This document shows, in pieces, positions 49,654 to 61,325 of a stretch of 64,000 nt of DNA. Where the stretch lies: contig DASZVZ010000020.1 of the NCBI GenBank assembly GCA_035546875.1, positions 2,371-66,370 on the forward strand, given 5' to 3'. Each line of letters begins with the position of its first letter. Within the stretch, counting starts at the first letter, position 1. A program made the translations under genes and the position numbers. The notes under the pieces are model-generated. The model was not told the origin of the DNA, made no database searches, and worked only from the letters and a program-made list of their open reading frames with translations. The stretch is from Pseudolabrys sp. (GTDB taxonomy: Bacteria > Pseudomonadota > Alphaproteobacteria > Rhizobiales > Xanthobacteraceae).

Positions 49654-49786
49654 CCCTCTCCCCTTGTGGGAGAGGGTGGTTCGAGCATCGCGCAGAGCGG
49701 TGCGAGAACCGGGTGAAGGGGACAGACTCGTCGCAATGCCGGCCCCCTCACCCGGCTCGCTTCGCCTCTCCCACAAGGGGAGAGGG
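49654..49786. mobile_element. MITE/REP-like structured element with 22-23 nt terminal inverted repeats that are themselves hairpins
   Basis: Left end CCCTCTCCCCTTGTGGGAGAGGG. Right end CCTCTCCCACAAGGGGAGAGGG, the reverse complement of the left. Central imperfect hairpin GGGTGAAGGGG...CCCCCTCACCC. Confidence 0.65.
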
Positions 49787-49789
49787 TAT

Positions 49790-50491
49790 TCACGCCGCTC
49801 GCGCCAGCGCCTCAGCCAGGCCGGCGAACAGGCCGCGGCCGTCGGTCGATCCGATCACGCTTTCGACGTGATTTTCCGGATGCGGCATCATGCCGAGCAC
49901 GTTGCCGCGCTCGTTGACGATGCCGGCAATCGCGTTGGTCGAGCCGTTGACGTTGAAATTGTCGGTACGCGTGCCATCCGGCGCGACGTAGCGGAAAACC
50001 ACCCGCCCCTCGCCTTCCAGCCGCGCGATGGTGTCGGCGTCCGCGACGTAATTGCCTTCGCCGTGCGCGGTCGGCACGCGGATCACTTGCCCCGCGTTAT
50101 AGCCGCGCGTGAACGGCGTGTCGGACCGTTCCACTTTCAGGAACACGTCGCGGCAGATGAACCTGAGACGCGCGTTGCGCATCAATACGCCCGGCAGCAA
50201 TCCCGCCTCGCAGGCGATCTGGAACCCATTGCAGACGGCGAGCACGAGCCCGCCCTTCTCCGCAAAGCCGCGCACGGCGTCCATGACCGGCGCGCGCGCA
50301 GCGATCGCACCGCAGCGCAGATAATCGCCGTAGGAAAACCCACCGGGGATGACCACGAGATCGGTTCCGGCCGGCAGCGCGGTCTCCGCGTGCCACACCA
50401 TCGCCGGCGCTTGTCCGGACACGAGCTTGAGCGTGCGCGCCATGTCGCGCTCGCGATTGATGCCTGGGAAGACGAGAACGGCGGCTTTCAT
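49790..50491 (-). CDS. purQ: Phosphoribosylformylglycinamidine synthase glutaminase subunit PurQ
   Basis: LAVCNGFQ catalytic Cys and HPE motif. Confidence 0.95.
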   Translation of the reverse strand: MKAAVLVFPGINRERDMARTLKLVSGQAPAMVWHAETALPAGTDLVVIPGGFSYGDYLRCGAIAARAPVMDAVRGFAEKGGLVLAVCNGFQIACEAGLLPGVLMRNARLRFICRDVFLKVERSDTPFTRGYNAGQVIRVPTAHGEGNYVADADTIARLEGEGRVVFRYVAPDGTRTDNFNVNGSTNAIAGIVNERGNVLGMMPHPENHVESVIGSTDGRGLFAGLAEALARAA

Positions 50492-50507
50492 GCACTTTCC
50501 CCGATCG

Positions 50508-50750
50508 TCATCCCAGCACTTCCACCCGGTAATTCTCGATCACGGTATTGGCGAGAAGCTTGTCGGCCGCCTGCTTGAGCAGCGCCTCGGCTTTCGCCCG
50601 ATCGCCGCCTTCCAACTCGATATCGAAGACCTTGCCCTGCCGCACGCTGGCGACCCCGGCGACGCCGAGCGAGCGCAGCGCGCCCTCAATCGCTTTCCCC
50701 TGGGGGTCGAGGATGCCGGATTTCAGCGTGACGGTGACGCGGGCTTTCAT
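50508..50750 (-). CDS. purS: Phosphoribosylformylglycinamidine synthase subunit PurS
   Basis: 80 aa, [18 protein letters not shown]... Confidence 0.9.
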   Translation of the reverse strand: MKARVTVTLKSGILDPQGKAIEGALRSLGVAGVASVRQGKVFDIELEGGDRAKAEALLKQAADKLLANTVIENYRVEVLG

Positions 50751-50882
50751 TGGGGTGATGTACCGCATGAATCGGCGGAACGGCCGACAATTAGCCAGCT
50801 ATCCACGCCTAAACTATGAGCAAAAAGGGCCGGAACAAGGTCGGGAAAACCGCGGGAGCGAACGGGCCAATCCCGCCCGCTC

Positions 50883-50960
50883 ATTCCCGCGCAGCGCGAA
50901 TCCAGCGCAACAAATCTGCAATCTCGGAACACCGCACGGGGTCCCCGCTTGCGCGGGGAC
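50883..50960. repeat. Two REP-like hairpins (ATTCCCGC..GCGCGAAT imperfect; GTCCCCGC-TTGC-GCGGGGAC perfect)
   Basis: Read directly in the purC-purS spacer. Confidence 0.55.
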
Positions 50961-50983
50961 GAGCGGAGGAAAAGCCGTGCCGG

Positions 50984-51751
50984 TCAGCCCTTCACCAGCA
51001 CGGGGCCGGCGCCGCGTGGCGGCTCGCCCTCGTTGAGGATGCCGAGCCGCTTGGCAACCTCGGTATAGGCCTCGACCAGCCCGCCGAGGTCCCGGCGGAA
51101 CCGGTCCTTGTCGAGCTTGTCGTTGGTCTTGATGTCCCACAGCCGGCAACTGTCGGGCGAAATCTCATCCGCGACGACGATGCGCATCACGTCGTTTTCC
51201 CAGAGACGGCCGGTTTCCATCTTGAAATCGACGAGGCGGATGCCGACGCCGAGGAAAAGGCCCGAGAGGAAGTCGTTGACGCGGATCGCCAGCGCCATGA
51301 TGTCGTCGATTTCCTGCGGTGAAGCCCAGCCGAAGGCCGTGATGTGCTCTTCCGATACCATCGGATCGTTGAGCTTGTCGTTCTTGTAATAGAACTCGAT
51401 GATCGAGCGCGGCAGTTGCGTGCCTTCCTCGATGCCGAGCCGCGTCGCCAGCGAGCCGGCGGCGACGTTCCGCACCACCACCTCGAGCGGGATGATCTCG
51501 ACCTCGCGGATCAGTTGCTCGCGCATGTTGAGGCGCTTGATGAAGTGCGTCGGAACTCCGATGTCGTTCAGATGCTGGAAGATGTATTCGGAAATACGGT
51601 TGTTGAGGACGCCTTTGCCCTCGATAACCTCGTGTTTCTTGGCATTGAAGGCCGTCGCGTCGTCTTTGAAGTGCTGAATCAGCGTTCCAGGCTCGGGGCC
51701 TTCATAGAGGACCTTCGCCTTGCCTTCGTAGATGCGGCGACGGCGGCTCAT
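50984..51751 (-). CDS. purC: Phosphoribosylaminoimidazole-succinocarboxamide synthase
   Basis: [36 protein letters not shown]... ATG 51751. Confidence 0.95.
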   Translation of the reverse strand: MSRRRRIYEGKAKVLYEGPEPGTLIQHFKDDATAFNAKKHEVIEGKGVLNNRISEYIFQHLNDIGVPTHFIKRLNMREQLIREVEIIPLEVVVRNVAAGSLATRLGIEEGTQLPRSIIEFYYKNDKLNDPMVSEEHITAFGWASPQEIDDIMALAIRVNDFLSGLFLGVGIRLVDFKMETGRLWENDVMRIVVADEISPDSCRLWDIKTNDKLDKDRFRRDLGGLVEAYTEVAKRLGILNEGEPPRGAGPVLVKG

Positions 51752-52047
51752 GGGCGTGTACCGTGGTTTTTGAAAGTCCATGGATGTGCCGTGGCTCCAT
51801 AAAAGAGGAATTGCAAGATCCGCGGCGGAGGGCCGGATAACGCCTCTGCGCTAACAAATATCCGGGCACGTCGGCAACCTAGCTGATCGGGGTGAGCAGC
51901 ACAATCTACGTTGTCCCGCGTTTTCCACTTCGCATTTTAGCCAATGTGACTCCTCATCACGTTGCCTTGACCGGGGCTAGACGATATGCAAGGCGCGACG
52001 TTCAATGTGTGTTCGCGATCGTGAGATCGCAATTTCATGAGGGCGGC

Positions 52048-52374
52048 ATGACCACCACTTTCGACAAGCGCGAGGAAGGCTTCGAAAAGCAGTTCGCGCA
52101 CGACGAGGAACTGCGCTTCAAGGCGACCGCGCGGCGCAACAAGCTGCTCGGCCAGTGGGCGGCGGCGAAGTTCGGCCTTTCCGGCGCGGAGGCCGACGCC
52201 TACGCCAAGGAAGTCGTTATGGCGGACTTCGAGGAGACCGGCGATCACGACGTTTTCCGCAAGGTTCGCAAGGACTTCGACGCCCGCAACGTGACCGTCA
52301 GCGACCAGGATATCCGCACCGCCATGACCGAGCTGATGGCGCAGGCGATCGCCCAGATCAAGGCGAGCGGCTGA
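52048..52374 (+). CDS. DUF1476 protein (alphaproteobacterial F1-ATPase inhibitor zeta-subunit family)
   Basis: MTTTFDKREEGFEKQFAHDEELRFKATARRNKLLGQWAA... closely resembles the Paracoccus zeta subunit as I remember it. Confidence 0.8.
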   Translation: MTTTFDKREEGFEKQFAHDEELRFKATARRNKLLGQWAAAKFGLSGAEADAYAKEVVMADFEETGDHDVFRKVRKDFDARNVTVSDQDIRTAMTELMAQAIAQIKASG

Positions 52375-52378
52375 GCGG

Positions 52379-53155
52379 ATGCCGGCGCCCGGTTTCACGC
52401 TCGCGCAGCGCTTTGCCGCCGGCGAAACGGTTTTCTGCGGCTGGAGCGCGCTCGCCGCGCCGATCATCGCGGAAGTTCTCGCGCGCGAGGGATTTGCCGC
52501 GGTCAACATCGACCAGCAGCACGGCATGTGGGACACGGCCGCGACCGTGACCGGCATCGCCGCGATCCGCCAGGCCGGCGCCGCGCCGATCGTGCGTATT
52601 CCGCTCGGGCAATTTTCCGCAGCAAGCCGCGCGCTCGATTTCGGCGCGGAAGCGATCATCGCGCCGATGATCAACACCGCCGCCGACGCGCGCGCCTTCG
52701 TCGCGGCCGCGAAATATCCCCCGCTCGGCGAGCGCAGCTGGGGGCCTAACCGCGCCACCATGCTCGCCGGCATCCCCGACCAGAAGACCTATCTGCGCGA
52801 GGCCAACGCGGCGACCGTCACCATGGCAATGGTCGAGACCACGACCGCGATCGCCAATCTCGACGCCATCGCGGGCACGCCCGGCATCGACTTGCTGTTC
52901 GTCGGGCCGTCCGATCTGTCGATCGGGCTCACCAACGGCGGCGTGCTCGACCCGCATTCGCGCGAGGTCGAGGCCGCGCTCGACAAAATCCTCGCCGCGG
53001 CGAAAAAGGCCGGCAAGCTCGCCGGGCTTTATTGCGCCAATGCCGAACGCGCGCTTGCCGCGGCCAGGCGCGGCTTCTGCTTCCTCGCCGTCGGCAGCGA
53101 CCTCGGCTTCCTGCGCGCCGGCATCGGCGAGCAGATGAAGGCGCTCAAGGGCTGA
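52379..53155 (+). CDS. HpcH/HpaI family aldolase
   Basis: 258 aa with TIM-barrel aldolase motifs (VRIP..., ETT.A..NLDAI...GID.LFVGP.DL). Confidence 0.8.
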   Translation: MPAPGFTLAQRFAAGETVFCGWSALAAPIIAEVLAREGFAAVNIDQQHGMWDTAATVTGIAAIRQAGAAPIVRIPLGQFSAASRALDFGAEAIIAPMINTAADARAFVAAAKYPPLGERSWGPNRATMLAGIPDQKTYLREANAATVTMAMVETTTAIANLDAIAGTPGIDLLFVGPSDLSIGLTNGGVLDPHSREVEAALDKILAAAKKAGKLAGLYCANAERALAAARRGFCFLAVGSDLGFLRAGIGEQMKALKG

Positions 53156-53165
53156 CTACCATCGC

Positions 53166-53264
53166 CCCGTCATCCTGAGGTGCGCCCCGAAGGCGCGCCT
53201 CGGAGGATGGCGGGCAATCACCCTTCGAGGCCGACGCTACGTGACGGCACCTCAGGGTGACGGG
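53166..53264. mobile_element. MITE-like element with 17-nt terminal inverted repeats (16/17) and a long internal imperfect hairpin
   Basis: Left end CCCGTCATCCTGAGGTG (53166-53182). Right end CACCTCAGGGTGACGGG (53248-53264). Internal CATCCTGAGGTGCGCC/GGCGCGCCTCGGAGGATG. Confidence 0.6.
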
Positions 53265-54454
53265 CTGTTGTCGATGGCGCCTGCGAGACCGTCCAGCACC
53301 TTCGCGACGTCCGCCTCGACCGCCGCAGCCGTCACCAGGATGACCTTGTAGCCGTGCTCCTCCAGCCAGATGCGCTTGGTGTCGCGCGCATGCGCGGCCG
53401 CTTCCTCCTCGCCCGCCGGCACAAGATCGATCACGCACTTGAGCGGAAAAGAGACGAAGTCTGTGATGTGCCGCCCGACCGGTACCTGCCGCTTGAAGCC
53501 GCGACCGGCGAAGCGGCGGTCGTTGGTGAGCGCCTGCCACAGGATGCGCTCGGCCTCGGTCGGATTGCGCCGCAGCAGGCGGGCAAGCCCGCGTGCAGGC
53601 GCGCGCTCGCCCTGCCCGCCCTGCTCGGCGAGCAAATTGCGCAGCATCTCGGCCTGCGCCCCGTCGAGCACGCCGCCGCGCGCCGGCCCTTTGCGCCCCT
53701 GCGCGAGTCCCATGAAGATCCCATGCAACGTGCGTACGTCCTGCTCGGACGGCGTCATGCGGTTGAATATGTTGCGCAGGTTGACGCTCATGGTTCCCCG
53801 CTTCTCGTGCGGGCGATAGAACTCGATGGCATCGAGCTCGCGCTCGAGATCGGCAAAGAACGCGTCGAGTTGCTGCTTGGGCGCCGACGGCGATTTATCC
53901 GGCATCGAAAACGGCAATTCACCGCCGCCCGCCCGCTTGAACCACTCGTAGGCGACGATGATCACCGCCTGCGCGAGATTAAGCGAGGCAAACGCCGGAT
54001 TGACCGGCAGCGTCAGGATGCGGTCCGCGAGACCGACTTCGTGATTTTCCAGTCCGTTGCGCTCGCGCCCGAACACCAGCGCCACCGTCTCGCCGGCCGC
54101 CACCTTGGGCGCGATCAGCCCGGCGGCGGCTTCCGCGCTCACCACCTCTTTCGCCTGGTCGTGATTGCGCGCCGTCGTCGCGATCACGAAGGTGCAATCG
54201 CCGATTGCTTCGTTCAGCGTCTCGTAGAGCGCGGCGTTGTCGAGGATGCGGTCGGCCCCCGCCGCCATCACGCGCGCCTTGTCGTTCGGCCAGCCCTGCA
54301 CCGGCTTGACCAGGCGGAGCTTCGACAAGCCGAAATTCGCCATCGCGCGCGCCGTAGCGCCGATGTTCTCGCCGAGCTGCGGCTCGACCAGCACCACCAC
54401 CGGCGCGGGTGTTTCGATCCAGCGCTTCGTCTTGTCGGTTCCTGAACCCGGCAT
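53252..54454 (-). CDS. TrmJ/SpoU-class RNA 2'-O-methyltransferase fused to a C-terminal DUF559 (Vsr-like endonuclease fold) domain
   Basis: N-terminal VVLVEPQLGENIGATARAMANFG...LVFGRERNGL...LNLAQAV. C-terminal NPTEAERILWQAL...GFKRQVPVGRHITDFV... ATG 54454. Confidence 0.75.
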   Translation of the reverse strand: MPGSGTDKTKRWIETPAPVVVLVEPQLGENIGATARAMANFGLSKLRLVKPVQGWPNDKARVMAAGADRILDNAALYETLNEAIGDCTFVIATTARNHDQAKEVVSAEAAAGLIAPKVAAGETVALVFGRERNGLENHEVGLADRILTLPVNPAFASLNLAQAVIIVAYEWFKRAGGGELPFSMPDKSPSAPKQQLDAFFADLERELDAIEFYRPHEKRGTMSVNLRNIFNRMTPSEQDVRTLHGIFMGLAQGRKGPARGGVLDGAQAEMLRNLLAEQGGQGERAPARGLARLLRRNPTEAERILWQALTNDRRFAGRGFKRQVPVGRHITDFVSFPLKCVIDLVPAGEEEAAAHARDTKRIWLEEHGYKVILVTAAAVEADVAKVLDGLAGAIDNSPSP

Positions 54455-54588
54455 AAGCTTCTCCGGCAGCCGGTATAGCGGCGAGCCGTCCCCACCAAAA
54501 GCGCCGGGCACGTTGATTTTGACCCGTGGCTCTGGAAATCTTTGCGCCGAACGCGCCGGATTGAACGGCCGCGTTCGAGGGGGCATTC

Positions 54589-55707
54589 ATGACATTTCGC
54601 CGCAGCGCGCCTGCCGCGCTCATCGCCGTGGCAGCGCTCGTTATTGCCGTCATTACATGGGCGACACACTGGATGTTCACCGGGCTGACGGCCGCGACCG
54701 AAGCGAGCCAGTTTGAGCTCATGCAAGCTGCCGTCGCGCGCGCCATCGGCAACGGCGCCGTGCAGGCCCTGGCCCGCGCGGAGATCGTCGCGGCGTCGAG
54801 CACCACCAAGCAGGCGGTCGCCGCGCGCGACCGCACGCGCCTGCTCGAAGAATATGCCGAAATGTTTCAGGTGCAGAAGGAGCGCCGCGGCGTCGATCAG
54901 GCGGCATTTCACATTCCGCCCGCGACCTCTCTCCTGCGGTTGCAAGCGCCCGACAACCACGGCGACGATCTCACCAAATTCCGCCCGATGGTCGTCGCCG
55001 TCAATCGCGAGCATAACGGCCGCGGCGGCCCGGCTCTCGGCCGCACCGGTCCGGCCGTTTTCGGCGTCGCTCCGGTGACCGACAAACAGGGCCAGCACAT
55101 CGGAAGCTTCGAATTCGGCCTCGATCTCGCGCCCATGCTCGACAGTCTCAAGGCCGCTTACGGTTTCGATTTCGCGCTCTTCATCGAGGAAAAGCCGTTG
55201 CGCGAATACGCCCGCGGCGTCGACCCCGCCAAGCTCAGCGACCAGAACCGCGTCGGGCGCTTCATGCGCTTCCACACCACCAACAAGGCCGTGATGACCG
55301 ACCTCGTCGGCGAGAGCGACATCGCGACGGTGACCGAACCGACCCACTACACGCGCGAGTCGCAGAATCTCACCTACGGCGTGTTGCAGGTGCCATTGCG
55401 CGACAGCGCCGGAAGCCCGATCGGCGTCATCAGCGTCGCGCGCGATTTCAGCGCGACCCGCGCCGCCGTCGGCCGCGCATTCGCCTGGCAACTGTGGCTC
55501 GCGATCTGCGGACTCGTCATCCTCGCCGGAGCCATCGTCGTCGTGATCCGCGGCTTCCTGCTGCGCCCGCTCGACGTCATCAACGAACGCTTTGCGGCGA
55601 TGGAAAGCGGCAAGCCGCCCGCCCCGCTGCCGCCGGGCGAAAAATTCTGCGCCGAAATCACCGAGCTTGCGCGTCACCAGGAGCGGCTGCTGGCCGCGCG
55701 TGCGTGA
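54589..55707 (+). CDS. Membrane sensor: TM - double-Cache-type periplasmic domain - TM - HAMP, with no output domain
   Basis: GAGGGGG SD. Cache hallmarks (LRLQAPDNHGDDLTKFRPMVVAVN; HIGSFEFGLD). HAMP-like RPLDVINERFAAMESG...EITELARHQERLL, then stop. Confidence 0.8.
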   Translation: MTFRRSAPAALIAVAALVIAVITWATHWMFTGLTAATEASQFELMQAAVARAIGNGAVQALARAEIVAASSTTKQAVAARDRTRLLEEYAEMFQVQKERRGVDQAAFHIPPATSLLRLQAPDNHGDDLTKFRPMVVAVNREHNGRGGPALGRTGPAVFGVAPVTDKQGQHIGSFEFGLDLAPMLDSLKAAYGFDFALFIEEKPLREYARGVDPAKLSDQNRVGRFMRFHTTNKAVMTDLVGESDIATVTEPTHYTRESQNLTYGVLQVPLRDSAGSPIGVISVARDFSATRAAVGRAFAWQLWLAICGLVILAGAIVVVIRGFLLRPLDVINERFAAMESGKPPAPLPPGEKFCAEITELARHQERLLAARA

Positions 55708-55711
55708 CGTC

Positions 55712-56776
55712 ATGCGGCGCGCCTTGCTCACCCTGGTGATCGCGCTGTTTGCCGCGAGCGCGGCGCAGGCGCAGACCGGCGTCCCGACCGGAAAGGGCCT
55801 CCCGGTGCGCGTGAACGTCGCGGTCGAATTTGTCGAGCTCATCGGGTTCAAGGAAAACACCGGCGTTCTCACTGCAACGGTCGACGTGCGGCTGCGCTGG
55901 CAGGATTTGCGGCTGCGCCGCTCCGCGCAGGACGCGAGCCAGTCTCCGCAAATCTTCCGCGGGGCGGAAGCCGGCGCCCAGATCGCGAAGATGTGGGTGC
56001 CGCCCGTCGAATTCGCCAACCAGCGCGGCAAGGCTGCCTACACCAGCGCCGGCTTGTGGATCTATCCCGATGGCAGCGTCGAGATGATCAAGCGCACCAG
56101 CGGCGACTTCGCCTCCAGCGTGAGCGTCGACAGTTTTCCGTTCGACCGGCAGAAATTGCGTCTCGACATAGCTGTCCGCGACGTCGACGCGCAAACCGTC
56201 GTGCTGGTCTTCGACGAAAACGACCTTAACGACAGCCGGCGCTCGAAGCAGGCATCGCTCGACGGCTGGGAGCTCGGCAACGTGACCTTGCGCGGCGAAG
56301 CGATGAACGGCTGGCACGGCGCGACCCATTCGCAGGTCGTCGCCTCGCTCGAGATCATCCGCGAGCCCGCGATGATCATCGCGTCGATCTTCATCCCGCT
56401 GTTCGCCTCGCTGCTCATCCCGATGCTGTCGATCTGGCTCAACCGCAGCAAGGACGGAAATTTCCGCATCGAGACCTTCGAGCTGGTGAACATCATCATC
56501 GGCGGCCTGTTCGCGGTCATTGCGCTCAACTTCACCATCAATTCGACCTACGAGATGCTCGGCTCCGGCGCCAATCCGGTGCACGAATTGCTGGCGCTCA
56601 ACTACCTCACGCTCGGAATAGGCCTCGTCGTCAACGTGCTGCTGTTCCGATACGGCGTCGTCGCGCGCCTGTTCGGACGCTACGTGCAGGAGCAGGTGTA
56701 TTTCTTCGTGTGCTGGGCGCTGCCCGTGCTCACGCTGGCGACGGCGGCGATGGTCATCGGCATTGCGCTCGCCTAG
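55712..56776 (+). CDS. Prokaryotic pentameric ligand-gated ion channel (Cys-loop receptor superfamily) homologue
   Basis: Signal peptide. VRLRWQDLRL; MWVPPVEFAN; FPFDRQ (56135-56152). Four C-terminal TM helices with a short M3-M4 loop. Confidence 0.8.
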   Translation: MRRALLTLVIALFAASAAQAQTGVPTGKGLPVRVNVAVEFVELIGFKENTGVLTATVDVRLRWQDLRLRRSAQDASQSPQIFRGAEAGAQIAKMWVPPVEFANQRGKAAYTSAGLWIYPDGSVEMIKRTSGDFASSVSVDSFPFDRQKLRLDIAVRDVDAQTVVLVFDENDLNDSRRSKQASLDGWELGNVTLRGEAMNGWHGATHSQVVASLEIIREPAMIIASIFIPLFASLLIPMLSIWLNRSKDGNFRIETFELVNIIIGGLFAVIALNFTINSTYEMLGSGANPVHELLALNYLTLGIGLVVNVLLFRYGVVARLFGRYVQEQVYFFVCWALPVLTLATAAMVIGIALA

Positions 56777-56829
56777 CCGACGCAAAAAACGATTCGCGAA
56801 ATGGGAGCCGCCGCGCCGAAAGCCGTTGC

Positions 56830-57456
56830 TCAGAACAGACCGGCGAGCAGGAAATCGACGACGAAGGAGACAATGCTGCCGGCCACCGCGAGCAGAAATG
56901 CCGTGCCCATGCCCGGCAGCGCGAAGGCCACCTTCATGATCCGCATCGGAAAGAAGATGGCGACCGCGACCGCCGCGACGCCATGCATGACGAGCGCCCA
57001 CCACGGCTCATGCGCGCTGATGCCAAAGCGGACGATCATGATGCCCGGCGCGACCAGCGCGGCAATCGTCCACAGGTAACCGACCAGGCCGGGCAGCACG
57101 CGCTCAGGCGCGGCCACCAGCCGGGCAAGGCCCCAGGTGACGGCGCCCGCGACGATGAACCTCATCGCCGTCCCGAAAGTGACGATGGCGAGAACGATCG
57201 CCGTGGCGCGGGCGTTGATGCTTACGAGGTGGCGCGCCTCCGCGCTGGTGCCGATCGCGTAGCCGACTTGAATGACGACGAACAGCACCAGCGGGAGAAT
57301 GAAATCGGTCCAGCGCACCTCGGCATTGCGGAAAACATCGTGGTCGCCGGGACGGCCGAAGGCGATCTTGTAGATCGAGACGATATAGTCGCCGACCGTC
57401 CGCCGCAGTCGAACGGCGTCGTCCGGCACGACCTGCCCGGCAGGCTGCGTGGTCAT
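56830..57456 (-). CDS. Hypothetical polytopic membrane protein
   Basis: ORF 56830..57597 trimmed to ATG 57456; five hydrophobic helices. Confidence 0.55.
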   Translation of the reverse strand: MTTQPAGQVVPDDAVRLRRTVGDYIVSIYKIAFGRPGDHDVFRNAEVRWTDFILPLVLFVVIQVGYAIGTSAEARHLVSINARATAIVLAIVTFGTAMRFIVAGAVTWGLARLVAAPERVLPGLVGYLWTIAALVAPGIMIVRFGISAHEPWWALVMHGVAAVAVAIFFPMRIMKVAFALPGMGTAFLLAVAGSIVSFVVDFLLAGLF

Positions 57457-57643
57457 GGCAGTCACCCCTGACGGCAATCCTAGTGCAGGCGCCCGCGCGT
57501 GTCGCCGGCGTTTCGTTTCAGCGCTTGGCCTTATCGGTACCGGCCCGCCGCCACCGGCCCTCCACGGGGCGGCATGGCGCGGGCCGAATCCGGCCAATGG
57601 TCACGAAAGGCAGGCTTTGAAGCCCCGCGGGCGGGTGCTATAG

Positions 57644-59899
<2,256 letters not shown>

Positions 59900-59914
59900 T
59901 CCGGGTGTTTTAGG

Positions 59915-61129
59915 ATGGCGAAGATCAAGGTCACAAATCCCGTCGTCGAAATGGACGGCGACGAGATGACCCGCATTATCTGGCAGCTCATCAAGGACAA
60001 GCTGATCCATCCCTATCTCGACGTTCAGCTGCTCTATTACGATTTGAGCATCCAGAAGCGCGACGAGACCAACGACCGGATCACCATCGACGCGGCCAAC
60101 AAGACGCGCGAGGTGGGCGTCGCCGTCAAATGCGCCACCATCACGCCGGACGAAGGCCGCGTGAAGGAGTTCGGCCTCAAGGAGATGTGGCGCTCGCCGA
60201 ACGGCACCATCCGCAACATTCTCGGCGGCACGATTTTCCGCGAGCCGATCATCTGCAGGAACGTGCCGCGCCTCGTGCCCGGCTGGACCAAGCCGATCAT
60301 CATCGGCCGCCACGCCTACGGCGACCAGTACCGCGCGACCGATTTCAAGTTTCCGACACCCGGCACGATCTCGATCAAGTTCATCGGCGACGACGGCACG
60401 GTGATCGAGCGCGAAGTCTTCAAGGCGCCCGAGAGCGGCGTCACGATGGCGATGTACAATCTCGACGGCTCGATCCGCGATTTTGCCCGCGCCTCGATGA
60501 ACTACGGATTGAATCGCGGCTACTCGGTCTACCTCTCGACCAAGAACACGATCCTCAAGCAGTACGACGGCCGCTTCATGGAGCTGTTCCAGGAAGTGTT
60601 CGACAACGAGTTCAAGGACAAGTTCGCCGCGAAAAAGATCACCTATGAGCATCGCCTGATCGACGACATGGTCGCGTCATCGCTCAAGTGGTCGGGCGGC
60701 TACGTCTGGGCGTGCAAGAACTACGACGGCGACGTGCAGTCCGACACGGTCGCGCAAGGTTTCGGATCGCTCGGTTTGATGACGTCCGTGCTGATGACGC
60801 CGGACGGCAAGGTGGTCGAGGCAGAAGCCGCGCACGGCACCGTGACGCGCCACTACCGCGAGCACCAGAAGGGCAAGGAAACCTCGACCAACTCGATCGC
60901 GTCGATCTTCGCCTGGACACGCGGGCTCGCGCATCGCGCCAAGCTCGACAACAACTCGCAGCTCGCGAATTTCGCGACCACGCTGGAAAAGGTCTGCGTC
61001 GACACTGTCGAGGCTGGTTTCATGACCAAGGATCTCGCGTTGCTCGTCGGCCCCGACCAGAAGTGGCTCTCGACCACCGGCTTCCTCGACAAGGTCGACG
61101 AGAACCTCAAGAAGGCGATGGCGGCCTAG
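59915..61129 (+). CDS. icd: NADP-dependent isocitrate dehydrogenase, homodimeric type-II (eukaryote-like, 404 aa)
   Basis: [23 protein letters not shown]...GRHAYGDQY... Confidence 0.95.
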   Translation: MAKIKVTNPVVEMDGDEMTRIIWQLIKDKLIHPYLDVQLLYYDLSIQKRDETNDRITIDAANKTREVGVAVKCATITPDEGRVKEFGLKEMWRSPNGTIRNILGGTIFREPIICRNVPRLVPGWTKPIIIGRHAYGDQYRATDFKFPTPGTISIKFIGDDGTVIEREVFKAPESGVTMAMYNLDGSIRDFARASMNYGLNRGYSVYLSTKNTILKQYDGRFMELFQEVFDNEFKDKFAAKKITYEHRLIDDMVASSLKWSGGYVWACKNYDGDVQSDTVAQGFGSLGLMTSVLMTPDGKVVEAEAAHGTVTRHYREHQKGKETSTNSIASIFAWTRGLAHRAKLDNNSQLANFATTLEKVCVDTVEAGFMTKDLALLVGPDQKWLSTTGFLDKVDENLKKAMAA

Positions 61130-61325
61130 CGGCAAGGCGGCGTGCGCGATCGCGCGGCGCGCGACGCGAGGCCGCAGCGCGGTGTCCGCCGCCGACCGCT
61201 GCATCGACTGAGGCATGACGGAAAAGTTCCGCAGCCCAGCCGCTGGTGCAATCGGAGGTAGCATCGCGCCGCGCCGGTTGCTAAGATTTGCGCCGGCGGC
61301 GACGTAGCGGGTTGAGGACATCACA

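Noticed and set aside
49676-49690. GGTTCGAGC, a T-loop-like string suggesting a tRNA
   Set aside because: No acceptor, D or anticodon arms can be drawn around it. It lies inside the MITE-like element.
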